DNA of 64,000 nt from Hyaloraphidium curvatum SAG 235-1 (lineage: Eukaryota > Fungi > Monoblepharomycota): assembly GCA_025558095.1 (NCBI GenBank), contig JAIVFI010000023.1:62001-126000 (forward strand). The letters are read 5' to 3'. The translations under genes were made by a program, and so were the position numbers. Each line of letters opens with the position of its first letter. Within the stretch, counting starts at the first letter, position 1. Shown here piece by piece: positions 44,459-57,892 of the stretch. Below the pieces are notes generated by a model, which made no database searches, was not told the DNA's origin, and worked only from the letters and a program-made list of their open reading frames with translations.

Positions 44459-45398
44459 TGACTTCTCAGGGTTTCGCGGGCGGGGGGACGGGCGGCACGA
44501 TTTGGTACCTAGGTCTGGGCATCGCTGCGGCTCCATTCGGCTCGCGAGTTGCCCCGACATCCCCGACTGTACGCATTCATGGGCCGCGCTTCACTTGCTC
44601 GTTCTCCTAGGTAGCTTGGGTACTCTGGCGGCGAGTTGGTTTTCTGCTGTTGGATGTAGCTCATGCAATCCAATGCCCAGCATAGACAGCCCGGACCACC
44701 AACGAAGGGACCGTTTGCCGACACCATCGCCAAAGATGCCGCCGCGGTCGCGGCCTGGGTACGCAGGTCGAGCAAGCTGGGTAGTACCAGGAGCACTCCC
44801 CCCCCACGGATTCGGAAATGGCTAGCGTCCTTCGTGGTCGGTTGCGAATCTGTGCGAGAATCGCCCGACCGCCCGCTTGTCCATCAATGGCCCGATTCGG
44901 CCTGCTCACCCAAAGCCGAAAGCTTCTATGTAATTAGGTCCATGGATGTCCCGCCGCAGTCAGGTCTCCGCCAAAGCCCTCAACTCCTCTGCGCGCTGCA
45001 TCCGCTCTTTGTCCACCGTCTCCCCTCCTCCATAAAACCCTCCTCCGCAGCTCCCCCCAAACAGCGATCCCGCCAAAATGCCTCCCTCAACGCCTCCCTG
45101 ACCTCCCCACACGCTTTCCAACGTCCACGCCTCCCGTCGAGCCGGTCCCCGACCACGGGGTGTGGTTCCGCTTCCTAGCCCAGCTTTGATTGACGCCCGA
45201 ATCGCGACGAGCATTGCCTTTGTGGAATCCAGCTCGAAGCCACTCTCTTCTCAGTGTGCCGCTCGGCGCCGGCCGTGCCGCTACAGTGTGTCGACTTCCT
45301 CCAGCGCGGCGGCGCCGCCGGAAGATCGCATCGGCCCGCCCTCCAAACCGCACTCGGCATCGCCCGCCCGTGCCGTTCTCCCGCCTCGTACCGCAACG

Positions 45399-46597
45399 AT
45401 GTCCGTCGTCCACGCCGTGCGCCCGTACACCCAGGCACGTCGCGCTCCCTCCGCCCGCGCCGGACGGAATGCCGACGATGTCTCCCCGCCGCCCGCCACC
45501 GAATCCTCCCCGCTCCCTTCGGGATGACCCCGCCGTAACAGCTCGTGGTGACCGTCGAGGACGGCATCGGCACCATCAAGATCAACCGCCCCAAGTCGCT
45601 CAACTCTCTGGTCGGGGAGGTGTACCTCGAGCTCGTGCGGGCGCTGCGCGAGTTCGCCGCCGACCCGAGGGTCGTGGTGACCGTGCTGACGGGCGAGGGG
45701 AGGTTCTTCTCGTCAGGCGCCGACGTGGGTTGCCGGATGCCTTGCCCGTGGGCCCGAGACATGCTGACCGGTTCTTATTCCACCGTCTGAACGGGCTCTC
45801 GTTGGCTGTCTCCCCGCTGTCTGCCTATGCTCCCTCGCCGCCGCTCAGGTCAAGGCCGGCGCCGCCCGCCGGCAGGACGCCCCGCCCCCGGACCAGACCA
45901 CCGTGGAGGAAAAGGCCGCGGCGGCCATGGGCGGCCTGTCGTGGGCCCTCCTGATCGCCAAGCAGTTCATCGAGCACCCCAAGCTCCTCGTCTTTGCGCT
46001 CAACGGCCCCGCCATCGGCGTCGCCGCCTCCTGGGTCGGCCTGGCGGACATTGTCCTCGCGAGCGACTCGGCATACATCCAGATCCCGTTCTCGGCGCTC
46101 GGGCTCATTCCGGAGGTCGGCACGGGCGTGTCGTTCACGCAGATCATGGGGCCCAGGATCGCGAGCGAGGTGCTGCTGCTGGGGCGCAAGCTGTCGGTCG
46201 AGGACGTGGGTGGCCGGACGCGGCGTTGCGCGTATCAGGCGTGCTCAAGCGTAACCTCCCACAGATGGTCAAGTACAACTTCGTCAACCAGTACGATTTC
46301 CCCTTCATTTACTCTGTTCGCTGCTCATCCCGGTTCCTCCACCTCTGCAGGGTCTACCCCGCCGCGACCTTCGAAAAGTCCTACAAGGCCTTTCTCCGCG
46401 AGGCCCTCGAGACCAACGACCACAAGTCCATCCTGGAGGGCAAGAAGATGATCCGGGAGCAGCTGATCCCCGGCCTCCGTCTGGCCAACCTCAAGTCGGT
46501 CGAGGGGCTCGTGGAGAGCACCGTGGAGGGGCGGAGCACGGCGGCTTTCCTGCGCAAGGCGGAGCAGCTGGCCAAGAAGAACAAGAACAAGCTGTGA
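45399..46597 (+). CDS. Enoyl-CoA delta isomerase (crotonase fold), predicted peroxisomal
   Basis: IKINRPKSLNS, FFSSGAD, ALNGPAIG, PFSALGLIPE; ends -NKL. Confidence 0.88.
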
Positions 46598-46724
46598 TTT
46601 GGCCCTGTGGGCGGCGGTGTAGCCGGACGGCGCGGAACAAGCACCCGGATCGTGTCTCCATTATTGCTTCCCTGGTCCTACATATTTTCCCACCCCGCTA
46701 CATTTGGGCGCGCCCCCGGCGCCT

Positions 46725-48649
46725 CTAGAGCTCCACCACCGTGCAGCTCGCATTGTCGTAGCCCCCCTTCCTAACCGCCTCCCTCACGATGTCCCGCGCC
46801 GCCGCCTCGGCCCCCGAGTAGTAGTACCCGTCGCCGCCCTTTTGGTAGCCCCTCGCAAGCACGGGCCCCAGCTGATCCGGCGGAAGAAAGTCCGACACGC
46901 CGTCGGAGCACAGTAGGATGAACTTCCACTGCTCGCCCTCGGGGGCGGGGGGCAGCGTCGAACGGGAGAAGGACTGGATCGAAGGCTCCCAGGTGGCGTA
47001 CGGCCTCTGCGCGAAATCGCCGAGGCCGCGGGAGCACGCGAGGTACCCCTGCAGCCTCTCCAGCGGGCCCTCGCGGTCCTTTGCCGGCGGCGCGTTGGGC
47101 GGCGCGAAGAACTTGCCGCCCAGCTTCTCGACGCGGGCCACCTCGCCCGGGTCCGTCGCGTTGTGAGGCTTGGTGAGCAGGTGCAGCTTGCCCGTCGCCG
47201 TGGCGATGAAGCACGGCGAATCGCCCGCGTGCGCAAGGTAGTAGGTGGCCTCGCCGCCCTGGCCCTGCGGGGGCATGCGGAGCAGGACGAGCGCGGTACA
47301 GCCCGGTTCGGCCTGGGGCTGCTCCCTGTCGCGGTACCGCCGCAGGCCGGCGTCGGTCTCGGCGAACGCGCCGCGGAGCGCGTTGTCGACCGTCGCGCCC
47401 TCGTTGAGGAGGGAGCCGAGGTGGTGGTGCAGGTAGACGGCGGCGTAGGTCGAGGCTATGGGGCCAGAGTTGGGCTGGCCGGGCGCGGGCGAGGAGGGGC
47501 CGTGGCCGTCGAAGATGGCGAAGTAGGAGGGAGGAACGGGCACGTTCTGATCAGGGGGAAAAGGGGTAATGTCGCGATGAAAGGAACGTTGATCAGTTAG
47601 GTTCAAGTAGTGTAGCTGGCTTTCGGAACGCAACGTACCTCCATCCTGACAGCCTCCTCCAGTCGCGGGATGCACACCACAGCGTCCTCGTTTTGCGTGT
47701 ACTTGCCCGCCCCCAGGTCCCTCGCCGCGCCCCACTTGACCTCCCACCCCTTCCTGGGCCCCTCCTGCTCGTCCAAACCCGACGAGAACCCGAACTCGGT
47801 CTTGTCGCCCTGCTGCCCCTCGACGCCGGCGATCCGCGACAGGGCGCCACGGAACTGCTGCGTGGTGAAGTTGGGCTTCGTGCCGCGGCGTATGGCGACG
47901 GGGTTGTACCGCAGCGAGGCGAGGGTCTGCGCGCAGGCGGCCGAGAGGGCGGAGCGGACGGCGTCCGTGGCGGTGCCCTGGTCGCCCGCGGCGGGCAGCG
48001 AGGCGGGGGAGGAGAAAGAGCGCGCGGCGGGAGGAGGCAGGGGCGCGGAGGTGGCGGCGGGATTGTTGAAGGAGGGTTGGGGTCGGGCGGCGGGCGCGGG
48101 GGCCGGCTTGGGCTTGCCGCCAAACAGGCTTTTGAGCATGCCGGATTTTCCGGGGGCTGAGCCCGGGGGCTCGGGGGCCGGGGCGGTCTGGGAGGCGGCG
48201 GGGACAGGCTGCGGAGGCGTCGCCTGGGAAGGAGAACCGGCGTCCGAGGCCGAGGATGCGGCCACCCCCAGGCCCAGGTTGGCCATCCCGGCCGGCAGCG
48301 CCGACGAGTCGCTCGGCGCCTCCCAGTTTCCCCCGCCGCCGCGGATGCGCCTTCCCTTGAGCCCCTTCGAGACCGCGTCGGCCCGCAGCGCCGCCAGCAG
48401 CGCCCGCCGCGCCACGATCGCCGACACCACGCGCAACTCGCCGTCGGCCATCCCGTCGGTCTTGTCGGCGCCCAGTGCGCACGCCACGCGGTCGCGGGCG
48501 GCCGAGGGGAACGACCACGCGTCGGATGGGAGGGCGGGCGCGAAACCCAGCGAGGCGAGGCTCAGGAACGTCGCATACGGCTCGATCTCGTCGGCGCTCA
48601 AACTGTTGGGCGCGTACGGCGGGGTTATGAGCGACGCCGAGGCCGCCAT
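46725..48649 (-). CDS. PP2C-family protein phosphatase with N-terminal extension
   Basis: QNED, IFDGHG, GCTA, AHAGDS, SRGLGD, LCSDGV, YDNAS. Confidence 0.9.
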
Positions 48650-49643
48650 GGCGCGATGCGGCGCGGGGGCGGGTGGCCTTCGAGAAGTCGGGAGTGGGGG
48701 ACGTCACGTGATTCCCGTTTCATCACAAGTTTCAAGCATGGCCGCGCAGACTGGATCATTCGCAGGTCAGGTGACGACTGGGCATTTCCAGATCGCCTTT
48801 TCTGCAATGTTGAGATGATCCTCCACGTGGCTAACTGAGCTTTTAGGGCTCGATAAGAAGCTTCTCCCAGCCCTTGGACTAGAATGAGCATCGCCGTTCG
48901 GTGCGGGATTTGATCATGTCGCTCGCCTCGTCGCACGCGGATACCATTCCCGGGGTTGAATGTTGCGTTCGGGGCACCGATCGGGCCGTTGTACCTGTCC
49001 GCCATCATGGCCGGCTGGCGAGATCGCAGTTCGGAGACCGCCATGGCCAGCTGGCGAAGTGGAACGGGGCGCTACATCATCAGGCGGAGCGGCAGGCCTA
49101 GACGGTTGGACTCGCGTCAATGGCCGATCGTGCGTGATTGTGCTTTCAAGGCTTTCGGAATGCTGAGCGGTCGCCTCGATGTGCCCGCTCGTCGGCGCAG
49201 GCCGTTCTCTGCCGCAATCCACAACCGCTGTTGCAATCCTCGGGCGTACAGATGACTTGCCCTCCCACCGGCTCAGTGAAGGGACCGTCTGCTCCGTCCA
49301 CGACTGGCGACTCGGAATCGGCGAAGCTCCGCCTGCGATCTCCGCCGCGGTGACGTCCCCCACTACTTGCCACTCCCTCCCAGCAACGCCCGCGGGTCCC
49401 ACCCCCGGGACATTGCGCGGTTCCTTGGGCTCTCTGACGCCGGCGGCCTTGCGCCGCGGTGGGTCTGGTGATCGGGACGGCGGGCCCGAGATGCTGGATC
49501 GGCGGGTGCCGGCGGGTCCGGGAGCCGTGGGGCCGGACGGACACGGCGGATGCTGGGAGCAGGTGCGTCGGCAGCGGCGGAAGAGGGCTCTCGACCGTGC
49601 TGAGGACGATTAGGTGCAGGTGGTGTTGCGTTCGGCGCAGGCC

Positions 49644-49651
49644 GCACGTGG
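49644..49651 (+). promoter_or_regulatory. Putative Pho4-type bHLH site GCACGTGG
   Basis: About 160 bp upstream of the first transporter ATG; same motif at an equivalent position for the second copy. Confidence 0.45.
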
Positions 49652-49807
49652 TTCGGGGTTGTGGGCTGGTGCCGCAGTCCGCGGGAACAAAACTGTCCGC
49701 AGGAGCCCACCAATCTCCCCCCCGGCTACCCTTCGGCCCTCCTCCTCCCAGCACCGACCAGCCCCGCGTCGCGAAGCGCAGCAGCGCTCTCCGCAGCAGC
49801 AGCCGAA

Positions 49808-51959
49808 ATGTCGACCCTCCCCGTCGTCACCTGCCCCGATGGCCGGGTTCGTCGCTCGGCGCCGATGTCGCTCGCTCGCCATCTGATCCTCCCTCCGCCG
49901 CCGCGACCTGCAGCCGCCGAACGTCTACTCGAGCATGCCCGTGCACGGGTACACGTACATCTTCGCCCTTGGCATGGTCTTCGCGTTCCTGGACGCCTAC
50001 TCCATCGGCGCCAACGACGTCGCCAACTCGTTCTCGACGGCCGTCGCCTCCAAGACGATCACCCTCAAGCAGGCAGTAATCATCGCCCTGTTTGCCGAGT
50101 TCCTCGGCGCCTTCCTGCTCGGCAAATCGACCGCCGACACCATCCGTTCAGGCATCGCCAACCTCAACTTCTACACCAACCAGCCCGAGATCCTCATGCT
50201 CGGCATGCTCTGCGCCCTGGTGCGTCAAAGGACCTCATCGAGCATCTCGGGCGTCCAATAATGCGCCCGCCGCACGCAGATTGGCTCGTCGACCACCGTC
50301 ATGACCGCGACCAAGTTCGGCCTCCCCATTTCGACCACCCACGCCATCGTCGGCGGTATCATCGGCATGTCGGTCGCCGCCGCCGGCTGGAACTCGGTCT
50401 ACTGGGGCTGGGACGGCTTCCTGAAGATCGCCGTCTCGTGGTTCACCTCGCCCATCTTTGCCGGCATCCTCGCCGCCCTCATCTACCTCTCGGTCAAGTA
50501 CATCGTGCTCAAGTCGCCCAACTCGTTTGAGCGAGGCCTCCAGATGTTCCCCGTCTACGTTTTCCTGACCTGCGGAATCATGATCTCCTAGTGCGTGTTC
50601 CTCGCTGGGCCGGCCGCGCGAACTTTCTCTGACCGCCCAACCAGCATCGTCTTCAAGGGCGCGCCCAACCTTCCCAAGCCCGAATCGATGCCGCAGTGGC
50701 AGCTGCAGGCCTGCATCTGGGGCTCGATCGGCGGCGCCGCCCTGCTCGCCCTCTACGCCTGGTTCTTCTACGTGCCGTGGATCCGCCGCGTGCTGATCGG
50801 CAACGAGGACCTCAAGTGGTACCACGTTTTCTGGGCTCCCTGGGTGCCGACGCGGCCCCAGCGCAAGAGCGCCATGACACCCTGTGAGTTCAGGTATCCG
50901 TCAGCGCGTACCTGCTCCTGATCGTCGCCCTCCTCGTTCCGCAGGGGGCCAGGAGACCTACGCTAAGGACCAGGCCGCTGCCGCTGCCGCTGGCGCCATA
51001 GCTGCCAGCGCCGACGTCAAGGACGCCGCCGTCAGCGAGGCAACCGAAAAGGACATCGAGGCAGCCATCCCGGTCGAAGTGCCCGTGCCCGCGGCGCACC
51101 ACGCGGGGACGAACAACATCCTCGAGCAGGCCCTGGAGGAGCAGATGTACGCCAACGAGGGCGTCGAGATCCCCAAGAAGACCGACCCGACGGTCTGGGG
51201 CAAGGTCAAGGGCGTGCTCCTCCACGGTGTGAACCAGGAGATTGCCGACCACGAGGCCGACAAGTATGCCTACCTCCACGACGCTGCCGTCACCTACGAG
51301 AGCAAGACCGAGGAGCTCTACTCGTTCCTCCAGGTCTTCACCTGCACCATCGCCTCCTTCTCGCACGGCTCGAACGACGTCGCCAACGCCATCGGTCCCC
51401 TGTCGGTCATCTACTACATCTGGGAGGCGAGTGCTCCGTGCCATGTTCGTCGACCCCAGCTAACGCCGCGTCCACCCGCAGACCGGTGGGCAGTGCGCCC
51501 GCGTCGGCAAGTCGACCTCGGTGCAGCTTTGGATTCTGGCCTACGGCGGCATCGCCATCGACATCGGCCTCGCCACCTGGGGCTACAACGTCATGCGCAC
51601 GCTCGGCAACCACCTGACCTACCACTCGCCCTCGCGCGGTTTCTCGATGGAGCTCGGCGCCGCGCTGGCCGTGCTCACCGCCTCGTTCATCGGCATCCCC
51701 GTCTCGACCACGCAGTGCATCACGGGCGCCACCACGGCCGTCGGCCTGTGCAACGGGACCACCAAGGGCCTCAACTGGAAGCTCCTCGCCTTCTGCTTCG
51801 CATCGTGGTTCCTGACGGTGCCCCTCTCGGGGACCGTGGCGGGGTGCATCATGGGCGTCATCCTCAACGGTACGTTCGCACCGGGATTTTGGCCAGCTTC
51901 GCTCATCTTTCCATCTCGCAGCCCCCAACTGGAACGCCGTGCCGGTCATCCAGCCGTGA
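49808..51959 (+). CDS. PHO89: PiT-family inorganic phosphate transporter, copy 1
   Basis: GANDVANS, PISTTH, HGSNDVAN, PSRGFSMELG, PVSTTQ; six introns. Confidence 0.93.
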
Positions 51960-53036
51960 AGGGTATACCCGTAGGCCGTGTGGGGGCTTTGGAGACATGG
52001 GAAAGCAACTACGTCCATGTAATGTATGACTTGCGGGAGCTACATGTGCTGGACCGCGACATGGTAGCGCCCTTGGAAGGCGGGTCGGGGGATCGTCGTC
52101 CATTCTGCCCCTGGGAGCAAAAGCGCCGGTGTCCATCCTTGGAACTACGCCCAGATAAGAGAACGTGGCGCACAGAGGTGGTAACGGACGACGGCCGACC
52201 GGTCCTCAGGGGGGAAGGCGGGGGGCCGGCCGCGACCAGCGTTGGGTTTCGGGGCCGACGCGCCCGGTAGCGGACGGTCATGGCCTCCTTCTCCGCGCCT
52301 CCTGCACCTCTTCCTTTGCTCGTGCCGCTTGCGGAAGATGAGGGACGGATCCGGAAAATCGGCTTCTTTGAACCCGCGGACTGCGCACCCGCGTGTTCTT
52401 TGCGTGGCTCTGGAGTGGAAAGATCCGAACAGCTCCATTGGCGACGGCACGGCCGTCTCCTCGAGACTTTTACTGCACTCTGGCTTCTCATTATTGAAGA
52501 AGGCAACGGACTGGCTCTTCTGTGGCCGGGATTCACCGGGATTCCTCGGGCTCGGAGGCAAGTTACCCCAGCCGCGAGCCGCCATCGTCCGAGCCGGACT
52601 TGGGGTTTCTGCTCCCAATATACTCTACCATCCATAGCAGAATACCCCATTCATGTAAACAGGGAAGAAGTAATTCGAACCCGTCCGCACCGGGCCGTTC
52701 GGAGGCGCTCCCTGCTGTCGGGCAAGGGTCCACCCGTCCGCTCCCTGGTCTTCTTCGTCGCAGCGGGCCAGTCTGCCGGCCCGAACCTTCTTGTATGTGT
52801 CGCCGCAATACCAGCGAGGTCCGATTCCCCGGGACGTCTCCAGAGCCCGAAGATGCCTTTGCGCCGACGGCGGAGCGTGCGGACCGTCGATCCCGGGGTG
52901 TGCGCGCCTAAGTGCCGCCGACTCCTCGATGCGGAAGGATGTCGACGGCGCAAACCGATGATGTGGCCGGTTTGCCGCACGATCTAGTGCGCCGCATTTG
53001 CGGAGCTTCTTTTGGCTTTCAGGGATTTGGTGTTGC

Positions 53037-53044
53037 GCACGTGG
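53037..53044 (+). promoter_or_regulatory. Putative Pho4-type bHLH site GCACGTGG
   Basis: About 150 bp upstream of the second transporter ATG. Confidence 0.45.
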
Positions 53045-53187
53045 TCTTCACGATGGGTCCAGACCAGCCCCAAGGGGCGGCGGACGTCCGTCGTTGAAAA
53101 ACCGCGTTCAGGCACATCGCCGGCCCTCATCAGCAGAGGCCTCCACTCAACAGGCTCCTCCAGAGACAGCAGCAGGCCGCCGCCGCG

Positions 53188-55352
53188 ATGTCGACCCTTC
53201 CTGTCGTCACTTGCCCCGATGGCAAGGTCGGTGCCTGCGGCAGCGTCGCTCCCTCGCTTTCCGAGCTGATCCTCCTCTCCGATGCTACGACCTGCAGCCG
53301 CCGAACGTCTACTCGAGCATGCCCGTGCACGGGTACACGTACATCTTCGCCCTTGGCATGGTCTTCGCGTTCCTGGACGCCTACTCCATCGGCGCCAACG
53401 ACGTCGCCAACTCGTTCTCGACGGCCGTCGCCTCCAAGACGATCACCCTCAAGCAGGCAGTAATCATCGCCCTGTTTGCCGAGTTCCTCGGCGCCTTCCT
53501 GCTCGGCAAATCGACCGCCGACACCATCCGTTCAGGCATCGCCAACCTCAACTTCTACACCAACCAGCCCGAGATCCTCATGCTCGGCATGCTCTGCGCC
53601 CTGGTGCGTCAAAGGACCTCATCGAGCATCTCGGGCGTCCAATAATGCGCCCGCCGCACGCAGATTGGCTCGTCGACCACCGTCATGACCGCGACCAAGT
53701 TCGGCCTCCCCATTTCGACCACCCACGCCATCGTCGGCGGTGTCATCGGCATGTCGGTTGCCGCCGCAGGCTGGAACTCCGTTATCTGGGGCTGGGACGG
53801 CTTCCTGAAGATCGCCGTCTCCTGGTTCACGTCGCCGATCTTTGCGGGCATCCTGGCCGCCCTGATCTACCTCTCCGTCAAGTACATCGTGCTCAAGTCG
53901 CCCAATTCGTTCGAGCGCGGCCTGCAGATGTTCCCGGTCTACGTGTTCATCACCTGCGGCATCATGATCTCCTAGTGTGTTCTGCGCCGTTCGCTTCCGC
54001 CCCCGCGCTTACCGTCCTTCCAGCGTCGTCTTCAAGGGCGCACCCAACCTGCCCAAGCCCGAGTCGATGCCGCAGTGGCAGCTGCAGGCCTGCATCTGGG
54101 GCTCCATCGGCGGCGCCGTCTTGCTCGCCCTCTACGCCTGGTTCTTCTACGTCCCGTGGATCCGCCGCGTTCTGATCGGCAACGAGGACCTCAAGTGGTA
54201 CCACATCTTCTACTCCCCCTGGGTCAAGGAGCAGCCGCAGCGCAAGGCCGCCATGACGCCCTGTGCGTTCCGATGCCCCGGTGCCCCTAATTCGTCTGAT
54301 CGTTGCGCTCCTCGTTCCACAGGGGGCGAGGCCACCTACGCGAAGGACATGGCAGGCGCCGAAACTGCCGCCGCATCTGCCGCCGCCGCCGACGTCAAGG
54401 TCGCCCCCGCCGATGGCTCCGCCATTACCGAGCCCACCGAGAAGGACATCGAGGCTGCCGTCCCGCTCGAGGTTCCCGTCCCCACGGTGCACAAGGCCGG
54501 CACAAACAACATCCTCGAGCAGGCGCTCGAGGAGCAGATGTACATCAACGACGGCGTCGAGGTCCCCAAGAAGACCGACCCGACTGTCTGGGGCAAGGTC
54601 AAAGGCGTTCTCTTCCACGGTGTGAACCAGGAGATTGCCGACCACGAGGCCGACAAGTACGCCTACCTCCATGATGCCGCCGTCACCTTCGAGAGCAAGA
54701 CCGAGGAGCTTTTCTCGTTCCTCCAGGTCTTCACCTGCACCATCGCCTCCTTCTCGCACGGCTCGAACGACGTCGCCAACGCCATCGGTCCCCTGTCGGT
54801 CATCTACTACATTTGGGAGGCGAGTGTGCCACGCCATGTTCGGCGGCTGCAGCTAATGCCGCGTCCACTCTTAGAACGGTGGGCAGTGCGCCCGCATCGG
54901 CAAGTCGACCGCCGTGCAGCTTTGGATTCTCGCCTACGGCGGTATCGCCATCGACATCGGCCTCGCCACCTGGGGCTACAACGTCATGCGCACGCTCGGC
55001 AACCACCTGACCTACCACTCGCCCTCGCGCGGTTTCTCGATGGAGCTCGGCGCCGCGCTGGCCGTGCTCACCGCCTCGTTCATCGGCATCCCCGTCTCGA
55101 CCACGCAGTGCATCACGGGCGCCACCACGGCCGTCGGCCTGTGCAACGGGACCACCAAGGGCCTCAACTGGAAGCTGCTGGCCTTCTGCTTCCTGTCGTG
55201 GTTCCTGACCTGCCCGCTCTCCGGCACCGTCGCCGGCTGCATCATGGGCGTCATCCTCAACGGTGCGTTTGCTCCGCTTTAGCTGCATGCTCAACTCATA
55301 CCTCCGCCTCCCAGCTCCCAACTGGAACGCAGTGCCCGTCATTCAGGCGTGA
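53188..55352 (+). CDS. PHO89: PiT-family inorganic phosphate transporter, copy 2
   Basis: Tandem paralog with the same motifs and intron positions. Confidence 0.93.
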
Positions 55353-55723
55353 GAGGCATATACCGTGCGGGATGCTTCGGAAAGCGCGTCGTTTAGATTT
55401 CCTATTGGGGACAGTCCCCTTTCTGTAGACACTTCGACAAGCGGTTGCCACCGCTCCTTCGTGAAATGAACTGTGTTTTGTACGAAGCCGCCTTCTGTGC
55501 GACTGGAGAGCCGCACGTCGAAACCAGGCCACACCAAGGCTCCATCCCTGACGCTCTCCCGCATCAATGTATCCCTATTTTGTCCGCCATAGGAGGGCTC
55601 AGGCCGGGGCACGGGTTACTTCGTGGGGGGCGTTTGTTTATCGCCGTTCTGTTCGGCTTGTCGGGGCGCACAAACTGAGTGTCTCCCGGTGCTACCTTTC
55701 CGCGTCAATCGCAGTATTCCAGC

Positions 55724-56919
55724 ATGCCGGACATGCGTGCGGTCATCATTTCGCCAGCGCATCGCACGCCCACCTTGGCATCGGTCCCCCGGCCGGCGCT
55801 GCCTTCCAGCGGCCCGCCGCACCTCCTGCTCCGCGTCTCCCGCTCGGCGCTCAACCCCGCCGACTGGAAACTGGCGCGTGCCCTGGCTCCGTCGGTCAAG
55901 GGCCCGCTGGTCCTGGGCGTGGACGCCGCCGGCGTTGTCGAGGAGGCGTCGCCCGGCGCGGTGTTCCGGCGCGGGGACAGGGTGGTCGCGTTCACGCGCA
56001 TGGGCGAGATGCGGAAGGGTGGCTGCTTCGCCGAGTACTGCCTGGCCGAGGACGCCGCGTGCGCAAAGATCCCGGAAAACCTGTCGTTCGAGGAGGCCGC
56101 GTCGCTGCCCGTGGGGTTCCTGACCTCGGCGGTCGCGTTCCACTTCCCGGGGGGCTCGCTGGGGCTGCCGATCCCGCCCAGCCCGGCGGCAAAAGGCGAC
56201 GAAACGGTCCTGGTGTGGGGCGCCTCGAGTTCCACGGGCACCTTTGCCGTGCAGCTGGCGAAACTGTCGGGACTGCGGGTCGTCGCGGTGTGCTCCAAGA
56301 AGAACTTTGACTACGTTCTCTCGCTGGGCGCCGACTACACCTTTGACTAGTGAGATTCGCTGCATTAGGCATTGGCGCGGTCCTGCCCAGAAGCGGCGGC
56401 TGACGAGCCGGCCTTTCTCTGCCGTGGAACCGTCACTGACCTTCCGCCGCTCCTCGCAGCTCCGACCCCGACGCCACCATCCGCTCCATCCTCTCCCTCC
56501 CCCTCCCCCGCCCCATTGCCCTCGCCGTCGACTGCATCGGCCCCCCCGCCGCGGACCACTGCCAGCGTTTCCTTTCCCAAACCGCCCCCCTACGCCCCGC
56601 CGGCACGAGACCCAGGCTCGCCCTGATCTCCGGCTCCCCCTCCTCCTCGTCGCCCGGCATCGACCTGATCCCCGTGCACCTGGGGGGTATGTACGCCGAC
56701 CGCACGCAGAAGGCGCTTTACGAATGGGTCACCTCGCGCTGGCGGGACACGTTCGCGCCGTGGTTCGGGAAGGGCTGGGTGGTGCCCAGCCCTCCGAGGG
56801 AGGTGGTGCCGCTGGAGGGGGTGCCAGGGGCGATGGAGAGGATGAGGAGGGGGGAGGTGAGCGCGAGGAAGATCGTGGTGCGGGTGTGGGATCCGCCGGG
56901 CGGGGACGCGAGGATGTGA
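55724..56919 (+). CDS. MDR-family (zinc-free) oxidoreductase / enoyl-reductase-like
   Basis: LNPADWK, LGVDAAGVV, GCFAEY, VLVWGASSSTG, VSARKIVV; one intron. Confidence 0.88.
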
Positions 56920-57328
56920 TGTTGCCTGTGGCGCCGGCTGCCGGTCGCGGACGAGGTTATGTGGGCGTGTGTTCGCAAGGATCTAGATTGGCAGTGTAGT
57001 TTTGTTCGCCGGTTCGGCTTCAGGGAGGCCACGGAATCGAGCGCCGGTCGCCGCCAAGCTTTCGCGTCAGTATGCCGCCGAGCCAACCGCCAATCGCAAG
57101 CAGCCCGTGGATCCGAACCATTTCCGGTCGAGGCCGGCCTTCTGCCGCTGCTTGCGATGATCTCATTCGCCCGAAAGACGCGGCGCGAAGGGCCGTGATG
57201 CACCGGAGCGGTCCAGGCCCGGCCTCAGACCCCACGGATCTCCGCTGGAGTCCCACCTCGCATTCATTCATCCACGAGTCACACACGAATCACGCACCGA
57301 GCAACTAGACGCAGCCGGCATACCAACG

Positions 57329-57892
57329 ATGCCACCGCACCACGATCAGCAGCCCGAGGCGCCCGCCGCGGCGCCCGAGCCCCGCCCCACCAGCGCACCC
57401 GAAGACTCCGCGCCGGACACCCCCAAGGACGGCCCCCCCACCCCCGTCCCCGCGACCGACGGCCCCCGACGTTCCTGCGGCGCCGGATCGTGGCGGACCA
57501 AGTACCGCAACCGTCTCCCCCTCTGCCTCTTCCGCGCGCCGCCGCACCCCCTGGACCGCCGCGACGCATCGGGCCCGTTCCCGCTGCTGGACCTCCCCGC
57601 GGACATCTTCCCGCTTGTTTTCAGGTACCTGCACGACTGCGAGCTCGCGAAGCTGGCGTCGGCCTGCAAATGCCTGCGCCGCGCGTGCGGGGCCGAGTTC
57701 GCCTACCGCGAGCGGAGGCTCGAGAGTGAGTGGCAGCGCGACCCGGGCAGGCCGGGGCAGGCCGTGGCGGAGGTGCACGACGAGATGGAGGCCCTGTATG
57801 CGGTGCTGGGGCGTAACCCGTTGCTCGTCGTCAGGCTGAACTACAAAGGGGGGTACCCGCAGCCGGTGCTCAGGAGCTGCGGGGTCATGTGA
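57329..57892 (+). CDS. F-box protein with C-terminal CaaX (CGVM)
   Basis: LLDLPADIFPLVFRYLHDCELAKL; ends CGVM. Confidence 0.8.
   Translation: MPPHHDQQPEAPAAAPEPRPTSAPEDSAPDTPKDGPPTPVPATDGPRRSCGAGSWRTKYRNRLPLCLFRAPPHPLDRRDASGPFPLLDLPADIFPLVFRYLHDCELAKLASACKCLRRACGAEFAYRERRLESEWQRDPGRPGQAVAEVHDEMEALYAVLGRNPLLVVRLNYKGGYPQPVLRSCGVM

Noticed and set aside
50589-50591. Apparent premature TAG stops in the transporters, the MDR gene (56348) and the SDR gene, suggesting a recoded genetic code
   Set aside because: Each is explained by an intron donor within or beside the codon (for example TA|gtgcgt...cag|C gives TAC).
52280-52987. 235-aa ORF between the transporters
   Set aside because: No motif or coding-like composition; lies in the promoter region of copy 2.
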